64,000 nucleotides of DNA, from the IMG/VR virus record IMGVR_UViG_3300003702_000965, positions 19,951 through 83,950 of that record; one strand, written 5' to 3'. The DNA is from a virus. This document shows, piece by piece, positions 1-9,508 of the stretch. The notes beneath the pieces were generated by a model. That model saw nothing but the letters and a program-made list of their open reading frames with translations, had not been told where the DNA came from and ran no database searches. The position numbers and the translations under genes were made by a program. The first letter of the stretch is position 1; every line of letters starts with the position of its first letter.

Positions 1-2
1 TT

Positions 3-596
3 TCAGGATTTGGCTTAAATCAGAGAGCCATGAATATTTCAGTAGATTATAATGAGTATGCGGGAAGAGTGGATTTGTCTGCCGATTTTAATGATGATGA
101 TCAGTTCCTCGGGCAGTATAGAAAGAATGATAAAGTATCATATTCGATTAAAGTAAAGCCTACGATCCCAATGATCTCCTCAAAACCAATCATTTCGACT
201 ACAGCGACTATAGGAGTTGGTGAGGTCACAAAGCATGAATTTTTTGATTTGCGAGTAAACAAAAAAACTGAAGTTTCAATCTCTTGTAATGTAAAACCAG
301 AAAAAGGGGCGTATTTTTACAGGGAAAATCTTGTGGAGGAAGCCAAAACAGACGCGTATAATCTAAGAAAGGTTTTGAAACAATTATATGTAGATGAACA
401 GGCGATTAAATCCAACACAAACACGATAGATGATTCTGCGAGTTTTATTAAAATTAATTCAGATAAAATAAATTATGATAAATTTTTGGGGGACTTTTCT
501 TTGTCGTCCTCTTATAGTTTCAATGATATAGCTGGTCGTTTTGTTAAACGGCCCTCTAACTTGTTCAGCAATGAAGATCCGTTAGCGGAAATTTAA
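3..596 (+). CDS. Putative virion structural protein, probably 5'-truncated by the window edge
   Basis: Frame is open from base 3 through the listed ATG at 30; first of a co-oriented run of large genes; no catalytic motif seen. Confidence 0.5.
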   Translation, partial: SGFGLNQRAMNISVDYNEYAGRVDLSADFNDDDQFLGQYRKNDKVSYSIKVKPTIPMISSKPIISTTATIGVGEVTKHEFFDLRVNKKTEVSISCNVKPEKGAYFYRENLVEEAKTDAYNLRKVLKQLYVDEQAIKSNTNTIDDSASFIKINSDKINYDKFLGDFSLSSSYSFNDIAGRFVKRPSNLFSNEDPLAEI

Positions 597-601
597 ATTT
601 T

Positions 602-2842
602 ATGTTTGATAGAGATTTATTTTTTAGATATGCGAGTGGAGTGAATCTGGAAACAGGGGCAATGCTGACTTACTATGCCTTTAATGAGGTCGTCCCTAGG
701 CAAAATCATAAAATATTTAATTCTCTTTATTCAACTGGAGAAAATTTTTTGTCTGGGGAAATATTGGATTCAGATAAATACGCTGGATACTCTTTGGGCT
801 CTGGCAACTTTCCTGTTAGTGGCGAGTTTACTGGAGCTGGTTACCTTGACAGAAAAATATTTGATGGATCTGGATATTTCGACGGGTCTGACTTGATAAA
901 AATAGGGCATAATGTCGACTTGGATTCTTGGACTATGTTCTTTAATTATTCTGGCGCTAATGAAATCTTGGGCGCTGGAACTGCAATTGGTAAGGAGAAG
1001 GTTCTGTTTTCTTCTTGTGGATCTCCTACTGGTTTGTCTGGGTGTTCTATTGGCGTGTTGGACAATAAGTTCATATCTTTAAAAAATTATAATGAAACCG
1101 GAAGAAATTCTTTAATTTTGACCGCCCAATATCCGGGGCAAAATTTAGTTTCCATCTCGAGAAGCTTTGGTACAAAATATAATGTTTTAGGGCTACATAA
1201 TGTATATGAGAACAAACATCATTATTCAACATTTACAGATCCTAGTTTTAAAAAATCAAACCAATGGCATTTAGGCTCTCATAGTGGGGTTAATACGTAT
1301 GATTCTACGCTATTGCATAGGGCAACAGGGTTTAGGGGATATATAGATGATTTTGTTTTATTTAGCGGTGACTTGTCTAATGTGAAAAAAGAAAGTCTTA
1401 GTAAATTCTTTGGTCTAACTGGTTATGCCTATGCTCAAACTGGACTAGTGTCTGGATATTTTAGTGGAGTTACTGGAGTAAGCGTTATCTCTGGTGTTAT
1501 AGGTCAGGAGGTGAGTGGATATACGAATAAAATAGTTCAAACAATAACAGACAGATCGAACAAAACCATAAATATATACGCCAAAGTTCCTGTTTATTCT
1601 CCAGTAAGTGGACAGTTAAGAGTTTATACCACTGGATCTGCCTATGTCCAAACTACGGGGATAGTAACCCCCGAAAAACTAAGCTATTCGTCTGATTATC
1701 TTAAAAGATATTCTTTCAATGCCATTAATTTCTCGAAAGCTAACGCGAGCAATTCAATAGTTGAATTTAGAAGCAGTAATACAGGGATTGAAAATGTTAA
1801 TCTAACCCCTTCAATTATTGAGGACAAGTCCTTTGTCATTAACGAGGAAGCCGCCAATGGGAAATTTAATGTTTTTGTGAGTGGTTATTATAAGTCGCCG
1901 AAAGCTTCTGATATAATTGATGCCGGAGCTTTGTTTTCAAGTTACGGAGCGTCAGGAAGCGATGGGCTACAGACTGGGACTTTCGAGTTTTTAGACGTCA
2001 TGTCTGGTCAGGCTTATACTTTCGACCCTACTGGAGCTTATTCTTCTTCGGTTGTTGCTAGAGATCCTTCTGGGGTTGTCGCGGTGGGCCTTAACGACAG
2101 TATTCATTCCGAATGGGTACAAAACAAAACCCCAATTGAGATAACCCCGAAAACAAATAAACTAATATTTTTCCATAAGACCCCACCTTCAATAGCGTAT
2201 AGGTTTTCGTCTTTCCCAATAAAACTTACTCCGGTCTATAGCCATGATTATCAAGTCGGCGGCTCTGGATCGTTTTCTTCCGTTTCTTCTTTCGGTTCAG
2301 ATTCGGATAAAATTTTAGTTGATTTGCCGAGCTCTAGCAGGGTTTTATATCACAATTTTACAGGGCATTCGAACGGGCCTCATACAATTTTCTCTGGTTC
2401 TGGTTACGTAAATAAAGATGTTTATTTGGATGGGTTAAAGCTCGGTTCTGGATATGACCACGATACTTTTGGCGGAAAATTTAGACTTAAAAAGGCTGTT
2501 CCCGGGGCCGGAAATAAGGGTTTATTTTTTGTTCCTAGGGCTTATGAAAATTTTATAACAGGCTCCGGCGTTTTGCAGGCGAACAAGGTCGCGTTTAACG
2601 CTCAGTATAACAAAATTCCACAGTCTGAAACCAAAGCTCCATTATTAGACGAACAATTCTGGAGAGCGGGAAAAAGGGAAAAAGAAGATGCGGATTATGA
2701 AAAAGTCTTAAGGAACGGAATGTTCTATTCTCCTACGGGTTTGGCTTCAACTGCTACAACCTATGATAATCATGTATTCAGCGGAATAGCGACAGGATTT
2801 TTCAATACTCTTTTAACGTCAGTACAAGATAACTCAGTATAA
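602..2842 (+). CDS. Putative tail/virion protein with LamG/concanavalin-like segment; Ser-Gly/Thr-Gly rich
   Basis: 746 aa; 'WHLGS...FRGYIDDFVLFS' resembles the LamG-like C-terminal signature; many SG/TG dipeptides. Confidence 0.6.
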   Translation: MFDRDLFFRYASGVNLETGAMLTYYAFNEVVPRQNHKIFNSLYSTGENFLSGEILDSDKYAGYSLGSGNFPVSGEFTGAGYLDRKIFDGSGYFDGSDLIKIGHNVDLDSWTMFFNYSGANEILGAGTAIGKEKVLFSSCGSPTGLSGCSIGVLDNKFISLKNYNETGRNSLILTAQYPGQNLVSISRSFGTKYNVLGLHNVYENKHHYSTFTDPSFKKSNQWHLGSHSGVNTYDSTLLHRATGFRGYIDDFVLFSGDLSNVKKESLSKFFGLTGYAYAQTGLVSGYFSGVTGVSVISGVIGQEVSGYTNKIVQTITDRSNKTINIYAKVPVYSPVSGQLRVYTTGSAYVQTTGIVTPEKLSYSSDYLKRYSFNAINFSKANASNSIVEFRSSNTGIENVNLTPSIIEDKSFVINEEAANGKFNVFVSGYYKSPKASDIIDAGALFSSYGASGSDGLQTGTFEFLDVMSGQAYTFDPTGAYSSSVVARDPSGVVAVGLNDSIHSEWVQNKTPIEITPKTNKLIFFHKTPPSIAYRFSSFPIKLTPVYSHDYQVGGSGSFSSVSSFGSDSDKILVDLPSSSRVLYHNFTGHSNGPHTIFSGSGYVNKDVYLDGLKLGSGYDHDTFGGKFRLKKAVPGAGNKGLFFVPRAYENFITGSGVLQANKVAFNAQYNKIPQSETKAPLLDEQFWRAGKREKEDADYEKVLRNGMFYSPTGLASTATTYDNHVFSGIATGFFNTLLTSVQDNSV

Positions 2843-2845
2843 AAT

Positions 2846-5518
2846 ATGCCATCCCATTATCACACAATAGAGCAAATACAAATAGGAAACCAGAAGCCCG
2901 GTTTATTAGAAAGCGACGGAGTCATATACGCCATTATATCCTCGAGCTATACTCAGGGATATACAGATGGCCCCTCTAAGTTTTCCATTAGCATCGTTTC
3001 CACGGATTCTTCTGTAGAGTTGGAAAGCCCTAGTGGATATATAGGAACTAAATTCGAGAATACATTTGCCGAAAGCAATTTGGAAACAATAACCATTCTA
3101 GATAATGACGGTGAAGGAGTTTTTTCTTTTACGGGCTTCTTAATTTCCTATTCGGAGAATCTTTCCGCAGGAAACAGGTCTTACACCTTGGAATACGTTG
3201 ACACCTCAGTAATATTAGATAAAATTTTTGTAGGACTGCCAAATAGACATAAGAGCAGTGACCACTACAACATGGCAGAAGTGGATGTAAAAGCTTTGTG
3301 TACGGATGCCGAAGGGATATCTACGGTTGCTTCTCGTAAATTTCGCCTTGATGGAACGCGACTAGTAGACGGAGTAACTGGCATGCCGCTGGGAGATGGA
3401 ATAAAATTAGCTTCTGAAAGAAGTTATAAGGCATTTTTGAACCGTGAAAAATTTGCTGGTGGAATGATGATAGTTGGAGATGAGCAATGGTCTGAGAATT
3501 CATGTTCTATTCCTAAGGTTGATTATGAGCTTGGTGATTTACTTTATACCATGAGCATCGGAGCAAATATCCTTTCCGAAGGAGCTCCGGTGAAGGGAAT
3601 AAGACGGGAGCATTCTGGAACTCTGAGGGCAGTTTTAAGTAATTGGTGTGCTGAGTTTGGTTATACTTTTATTTGGGGTGCCGACAAAGATTACGACAGA
3701 GTTTCTTTTATAAATATGGGTATAGGTATTAATCCTAACTTTAGGGGCATCAAAAGTGCGCTAAAAACGGCTGGGATTGAGTCCATGACTTATTCCAAAA
3801 CAAATGATTCAATGTCCGTGGGTTTAACTACTCGTTTTATGAAGCCTCATAATATAGAAGACAAGTCGGTAAGCATTTCAGCGCCTGTCCCATGTTCTCC
3901 GTTGAGGATCCAAGATGTTTTTAATTTTCAGACTTATGCTGTCCAAATGCCGGGGCAAGGAGTCAGGGGGGATGCATTTTCCATAAGCTGTGCTTTGTCC
4001 AAATACAACACCGACATAAGGACTTTATGGTATTTGGGTGGCTGCCGGCAAGGCAATTTTAGGTGGGAGGCGTTAGGGATATATTTAGCAGCCGGATCGT
4101 GGGGCTCTGGAGACAATGATTTTTACGCATTGGGCAAAGATGCTGAAAAAAATAATTTATTAAGATCTTATTTTTTATCTGATTATGATCAGATATTAGA
4201 GGAATGGGGCGGTGCGGCTAACGTTAAGTGCGCTATAGTCTATAGAAGCGAGGATATGGAAAATAGATTTATAGAATGGGAAAGAAGTATAGCTGATAAT
4301 TTTATAGGGCAATATTTTAAAGCTAATTATTACAGTACTATTCCAGACTCGGAAGAATGCGGCCCGTTTGGTAGAAGAATGAAAGTTGCGGACAGCGATC
4401 CTCCATTCGAAGATTTGATAGGAGGATTTGTGGAGGCAAACTCAATGGATCCATACGGCAAAGGACTTGGCATTGCGCCCTTCGCAAAATTTGGCCATGT
4501 AATAAAGAGATCTTCTGCGCCTTGGGTTGGTGGCATTGAGGCTGATAATGAATTAGATGTAAAAACATTTTTGCCTAGGTTTTTCCCAATAGATAACGAC
4601 GTCATTGAATTGTTAATCGAAAACGGAACGATGACTGATGCCGTAATAAGTAGTTTCGCTATGGGAGGTGCTAGATTTGAGCTGGGGATTATGGTGTTTC
4701 ACACAAAATCAATCAATACAAGCTCACTTGTGAGCATCGAGAACGGTAGAGGTGAGAACAATAGCGAAGTTACATTTAACGAAATCAATAAAGGAGCTAT
4801 GGGGGTGAGCTCTGATTGCAAGCGTACCTGCTCCATCGATATCGAACAATTAATTTGTAGAAAACCCATCTTTCCGAACAATTTAAGACCCGGCCCTAAT
4901 AGTAATAGGTGCATGACGGTTGATGTGACGTATGACGGAGAATCTTTGGGGAAAATATTTATGCCAGCAGGGACGCTTGAAAACAGTGGTTTCACTAGGA
5001 TAGAAAAGATAGATTTTTCCAACACTTTTTTCAAAAAAGCGATCAAACATTTCGAGTTTTCCCCGCCAAGTAATGTCCTTAACGCGGCTTCTATAAATAT
5101 AGTGACTCAAGACATGACTAATCAGGTTTTGTATCTTCCCAGCGAGACTGGAGACAGAGTATTAACCGCTGATACTATTGTAATCGGTAGAGGAAGCGCG
5201 AAAAGCTACGGTTATATAGACGTGGGATTTGGCGGTGCAGTAAGAAAATATCATAACGATACGTTGGGAAGCTCTGTTGTTGGGGGGGAAAGCTCGCCTA
5301 AGGAAACTTTAAGCGCGGTTGTTCCGTCTTACGCTTTGTCAAAAATAACAGAGCTATTGAATGTGAAAAAAGGAATCTCTTCCTTTACTTTTTCTATCGG
5401 AGCTAATGGTTCAGACGTGAATGTTTCATTTGCTAATTTACCACCCACACCCCCATCAATGGATATTTTAATGATTGATCAAGCGGTGAAAACAAGCACA
5501 ATCCACTTTAGAAATTAA
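2846..5518 (+). CDS. Large putative structural protein (tail/baseplate module)
   Basis: 890 aa, 1-3 nt from its neighbours; assignment from context only. Confidence 0.45.
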   Translation: MPSHYHTIEQIQIGNQKPGLLESDGVIYAIISSSYTQGYTDGPSKFSISIVSTDSSVELESPSGYIGTKFENTFAESNLETITILDNDGEGVFSFTGFLISYSENLSAGNRSYTLEYVDTSVILDKIFVGLPNRHKSSDHYNMAEVDVKALCTDAEGISTVASRKFRLDGTRLVDGVTGMPLGDGIKLASERSYKAFLNREKFAGGMMIVGDEQWSENSCSIPKVDYELGDLLYTMSIGANILSEGAPVKGIRREHSGTLRAVLSNWCAEFGYTFIWGADKDYDRVSFINMGIGINPNFRGIKSALKTAGIESMTYSKTNDSMSVGLTTRFMKPHNIEDKSVSISAPVPCSPLRIQDVFNFQTYAVQMPGQGVRGDAFSISCALSKYNTDIRTLWYLGGCRQGNFRWEALGIYLAAGSWGSGDNDFYALGKDAEKNNLLRSYFLSDYDQILEEWGGAANVKCAIVYRSEDMENRFIEWERSIADNFIGQYFKANYYSTIPDSEECGPFGRRMKVADSDPPFEDLIGGFVEANSMDPYGKGLGIAPFAKFGHVIKRSSAPWVGGIEADNELDVKTFLPRFFPIDNDVIELLIENGTMTDAVISSFAMGGARFELGIMVFHTKSINTSSLVSIENGRGENNSEVTFNEINKGAMGVSSDCKRTCSIDIEQLICRKPIFPNNLRPGPNSNRCMTVDVTYDGESLGKIFMPAGTLENSGFTRIEKIDFSNTFFKKAIKHFEFSPPSNVLNAASINIVTQDMTNQVLYLPSETGDRVLTADTIVIGRGSAKSYGYIDVGFGGAVRKYHNDTLGSSVVGGESSPKETLSAVVPSYALSKITELLNVKKGISSFTFSIGANGSDVNVSFANLPPTPPSMDILMIDQAVKTSTIHFRN

Positions 5519-5519
5519 A

Positions 5520-6905
5520 ATGATTGTATTTAGCGGAAAAGATTTCAGGAATATAAAAAATGAAAAGTCCATCACTTTTTCCATGGAAAACTTGGGTTTC
5601 AGCAACACAATTGGGAGTGGCTGTTTTGGTTTCTCTGGAGCGCTAAACAAAAGCTTTAATTTTAAATTCATAAAAGGCAATCTCGAGGACTCGAATGGGA
5701 GGGTTTTTTATAATTATGATGAAAATGGTGCTTTCGATTTTTCCGGAAACGTCAATGAATCTAGTTATGATTATTATATAGATAGTATAGCTTATAGCAG
5801 AAATTCAAATAGATCCAACTACACAATTCAAAATTTCTTTGTTGAGTGTAGCGGCACCAACATGTCCGGAGATATAAACATTTATACCAAGGAGTCCAGA
5901 AAACTTAGTTTCACGCTACCTCCAAGATTCAGCGTTAGCGGAACTGTTACAGGAACAATAACAAATTCCAGCTTGGATTACTCGTTGGATATATTTAGCA
6001 GCTATACTCAGCTGGATGAACAAAGCTTTACTTTAGAATCAATCACAAACGCCGGTCATCTACGGCCCAATTCGACAATTAAATACGTTCTAAAAAACAA
6101 CACAGGAGAAGCGGGAATTGTTTATCCAATTGATTTGATTTTCCCAACTTCAGCTGGAGATATTAGGGTTTTCAAAACTTCCATAGGAAGAGCTGATAAA
6201 CCTTTTGAAAACAGCTCTCTCCAGACGTTGTCTCCCCTGTTTTCATCAGGGGAAAGCTCGGAGACGTACGACTCTGGAAGTTTTTATTTTAATAACGAAA
6301 AAAGAACCGCGACTGGATCAGGAGTAGTTGGGGATTACTATAGGCTGTTTTTGAAGTATGATCGGGGCTATACAGGGTTAACTTCAGGTTGGACAGGAGC
6401 TTTCACAATGTCAAATGCTGGGGCAGGATATGGCGATCAAAGTTTTAATGTCACTGGAGGATATGGAGTTGGGGGGCATGGTTTTGTTCTTTCTGATAGA
6501 AATGGAGTTCCCTCAGGCAGGTTGACTGGTATTTCTATAGATTCTTTAGGTAAGAATTATTCTGGTCAGCCGATTATGAAGATCAATCCCACGCTTGGAG
6601 TTACTGGAGAGACTCTTGCCGCCGGTGTTGGAGCCTCCATAACTGTGGACAGACATGGGTACTATAAAAAGTTTTGGAATGTTTGGGACCTTTATTCGGG
6701 ATCCTCTCCAACTGAATTACTTCCCGTTACTGGGGAAGACAGGCTGAATGAAGCTTACACAGGAAAGTTCCAAAGCAATCAAAACTTTTACATAGGTGTA
6801 AGGTCAAGAAACTATTATGACGACTTGGTGCAGGTTGCTGATTTGATAGTAAGTGGAGTGTCTAACGGGAAAGTGTTTACAGAGAAAATAACAGGAGTTT
6901 TATAA
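5520..6905 (+). CDS. Putative structural protein, SG/TG rich
   Basis: 461 aa; 'GAGYG...GKNYS' segments of the kind seen in phage virion proteins; stop overlaps next start. Confidence 0.5.
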   Translation: MIVFSGKDFRNIKNEKSITFSMENLGFSNTIGSGCFGFSGALNKSFNFKFIKGNLEDSNGRVFYNYDENGAFDFSGNVNESSYDYYIDSIAYSRNSNRSNYTIQNFFVECSGTNMSGDINIYTKESRKLSFTLPPRFSVSGTVTGTITNSSLDYSLDIFSSYTQLDEQSFTLESITNAGHLRPNSTIKYVLKNNTGEAGIVYPIDLIFPTSAGDIRVFKTSIGRADKPFENSSLQTLSPLFSSGESSETYDSGSFYFNNEKRTATGSGVVGDYYRLFLKYDRGYTGLTSGWTGAFTMSNAGAGYGDQSFNVTGGYGVGGHGFVLSDRNGVPSGRLTGISIDSLGKNYSGQPIMKINPTLGVTGETLAAGVGASITVDRHGYYKKFWNVWDLYSGSSPTELLPVTGEDRLNEAYTGKFQSNQNFYIGVRSRNYYDDLVQVADLIVSGVSNGKVFTEKITGVL

Positions 6906-8716
6906 TGCCAGTAATAAAATCAGAAGCATCTCCAAATATATACAAAATAAATAAGTTTGTTATAGTTGGCTATGTGCCCGGGGCAGGATCCGAAAACTCT
7001 GACCCCAAGGAGGCAGGCGCTAATCAAAAAAGACCGATCATTTTACAGGGGCGTAGAATATTCAGGAATTCCAACAAAGTAGAGATGGTTGATACGGAAG
7101 CGCCAATTGTTAACATTGCTGTGCCCGAGAATTTGCGATTTAGTGGCGCTGGATCTGGCGAAATTCAATTTAATACTGAGGTAGCGCCACCAAATAGCGC
7201 AGCCATTGGCACGTCGACCAAAAACGCATTAATTTGCCCCCCTTACCGAGTTGCAAATCCCGATCATCAAAAATCTTTCCTCGCCCAGCTAGCGGATGGA
7301 ACCATTCCACCTCAAGCTGTTATTTACGCAATGAGGCTTGAGGCTGATGTGCGAACGGGAATTTCGCAGCCAAACTCCGAAACAAAATTAACTTGCATAT
7401 ATGTAGACACTAACGTTGACGGAAGAATGTTGAAAATTTCCAGCCAAAGCAAGTCTAATAAAATTGATCTTTCTGTAAAATACGGTCTAGCCGATCAAAT
7501 AAAAGCTTGCCAAATAAACGAAGATGCGGCTATTGAATATTTATCTGATATAGATGAGATATCTGGCTTCCCCACGGTGCTAACGTCTGCTCCGGATGAT
7601 GTCACAACTGAACAAAAATATGCTATCGCTTTTAATGGGACGGATTCGTCGATTAACACTAAAGTTGCGTTAGTTCCTTTCTCTCCCGGTAGTGGCAGCG
7701 GGGTTAATCATTTTAGAGCTTTATCTGACGTTAATTCAGCTGCAGCAGACTTGATAAGTGATCAAACTCCGGATGACGGCGATGCAGCAGTCACTGTGGC
7801 TTTTCAAAGTGGTCTGACTAATAGTCATGGGGGTTTAATTTTTTCAGCTCCAAATTTTACCGGAGGTGGATCTGCAAAAATAAGAGCAAATTATATAATA
7901 AACAAAAACTTCCAAGGAGGCGAGGGAGCTAATAATAATTTTTCCTATTTTGCGGTTTGCCCGCAGCCTCCTTTGGGGGACAGGGAAGATAATGAAAGCG
8001 CGACCGCTTCCGTTGGTTTACACACTTTTTCCGAGCTGATTGATAATGGCATTTTCAAAGTCTTAGCGGGGGATACTAACGGTGAAGATAGCTTTAGTGC
8101 TCTCGATCATGTCGGTGCAGACAATCCAAATTCAGTTTATGTGCTGACTGCTTCTCCCGGTGAGATAACTCCAGCCGATGACGAAAATCCTATACTTGGT
8201 GAGGTGAGGTTCAGACAATTAGGATATTTGGAGCAGCTGGGAGGAGTTACTGTTGCTGACGCCGTGAAATCCCATACGGACATTGAATCCGACGATGGGG
8301 TGTTATGCTTGGCTAAGTTAAAGCAAAGAACAACTGACGCAGCATCAAACGCTCGGCATACAGTAACATTCGATACGTTAGGTTCTATATTAAGCGATCC
8401 TGATCCAGCTGCCCTAAAAACAGGGACCGATGTTCAGGCCGGAAGTTGGTTAGTGGTTAAAAAGGGGGGTACTGGAGGAACGTTGCAGACTGCCCTGTTG
8501 CATGCTGATCTTTTTGGTGGTGGCGGCGGCGGGAACGTAAGTTATGAATCTCCAAGCGAAGGCCTTACGACGGGGAGGCTTAAATTAGGGACACAAGATC
8601 TTGCCGATTCACAAAAATACCAAGTTTATACGCCGACTCTTTTTGGTATCTGCAAGGAGAATGGAAGCTATGAATATAGGTATTTTTTAACCTCTCTCCC
8701 TGTCACCAGCACATAA
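6905..8716 (+). CDS. Putative structural protein
   Basis: 603 aa, acidic and G/S/A-rich, coupled to upstream gene (TAATG). Confidence 0.45.
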   Translation: MPVIKSEASPNIYKINKFVIVGYVPGAGSENSDPKEAGANQKRPIILQGRRIFRNSNKVEMVDTEAPIVNIAVPENLRFSGAGSGEIQFNTEVAPPNSAAIGTSTKNALICPPYRVANPDHQKSFLAQLADGTIPPQAVIYAMRLEADVRTGISQPNSETKLTCIYVDTNVDGRMLKISSQSKSNKIDLSVKYGLADQIKACQINEDAAIEYLSDIDEISGFPTVLTSAPDDVTTEQKYAIAFNGTDSSINTKVALVPFSPGSGSGVNHFRALSDVNSAAADLISDQTPDDGDAAVTVAFQSGLTNSHGGLIFSAPNFTGGGSAKIRANYIINKNFQGGEGANNNFSYFAVCPQPPLGDREDNESATASVGLHTFSELIDNGIFKVLAGDTNGEDSFSALDHVGADNPNSVYVLTASPGEITPADDENPILGEVRFRQLGYLEQLGGVTVADAVKSHTDIESDDGVLCLAKLKQRTTDAASNARHTVTFDTLGSILSDPDPAALKTGTDVQAGSWLVVKKGGTGGTLQTALLHADLFGGGGGGNVSYESPSEGLTTGRLKLGTQDLADSQKYQVYTPTLFGICKENGSYEYRYFLTSLPVTST

Positions 8717-8722
8717 TAATCA

Positions 8723-8740
8723 GTGTAATATATTTCGAGT
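8723..8740 (+). promoter_or_regulatory. GTGTAA-class putative phage (late) promoter before phoH
   Basis: GTGTAA at 8723-8728, 12 nt before the ATG; same motif recurs just before several other starts. Confidence 0.55.
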
Positions 8741-9508
8741 ATGTCAAGATTAAATTCTTCCAAATACGATTCGGTACTCATTGAAGATCTAGACTTTGAT
8801 TCATCAACAAGAGTAGTAACCAAGAGAAAAACCAGAAAAAGAATCAAGACTTTTGATATAAAAGACTTGGACTGGACAGATAAACAAAGAAATTTAATAG
8901 ATTTATCTACAGAAAAAAGCTCAAAAATACTTTTTATTAAAGGTCCGGCTGGTACTTCTAAGACTATTATTTCGGTGTATTCAGCTCTAAAAATGGTAAA
9001 TGAACTCTACGTTAACGATATAGTTTACGTCAGATCGGCTGTTGAGAGCTCAGACGCCAAGATAGGACACCTTCCGGGGGATGCTGAGCAGAAACTTCAT
9101 TTCTATAATCTACCCTTTCACGACAAGCTTTCCGAGCTTTTAGACTCAACAAACATGCAAACCTTGCAGAAAAATGACATAATTAGCGCGTACCCTATAA
9201 ACTTTTGTAGGGGTATGAGCTGGAAGAACAAGTGTATAATTATGGATGAAGCTCAAAATAGCACGTTCAGGGAAATAGTTACGCTTATTACAAGGTTAGG
9301 ATGTGGGTGTAAATGTTTTATATTGGCTGATCCAGAGCAAACAGATTTAACCAATGGGAGAACTGGCGGCTTTGAGAAGATATACAAAGTCTTCGACAAT
9401 AAAGAAAGCAGAGAGCATGGAATTCATACTTTTGAATTCCTAGAAGATGACATCAAGAGATCAGAACTAGTAAAATTTGTAGTGAAAAGATTAAAAACAA
9501 TTAAGTAA
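8741..9508 (+). CDS. phoH: PhoH family ATPase
   Basis: GPAGTSKT P-loop, 'IGHLPGD', 'RGMSW', 'IIMDEAQN', 'TRLG', 'DPEQTDL', 'DIKRSELV'. Confidence 0.93.
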   Translation: MSRLNSSKYDSVLIEDLDFDSSTRVVTKRKTRKRIKTFDIKDLDWTDKQRNLIDLSTEKSSKILFIKGPAGTSKTIISVYSALKMVNELYVNDIVYVRSAVESSDAKIGHLPGDAEQKLHFYNLPFHDKLSELLDSTNMQTLQKNDIISAYPINFCRGMSWKNKCIIMDEAQNSTFREIVTLITRLGCGCKCFILADPEQTDLTNGRTGGFEKIYKVFDNKESREHGIHTFEFLEDDIKRSELVKFVVKRLKTIK

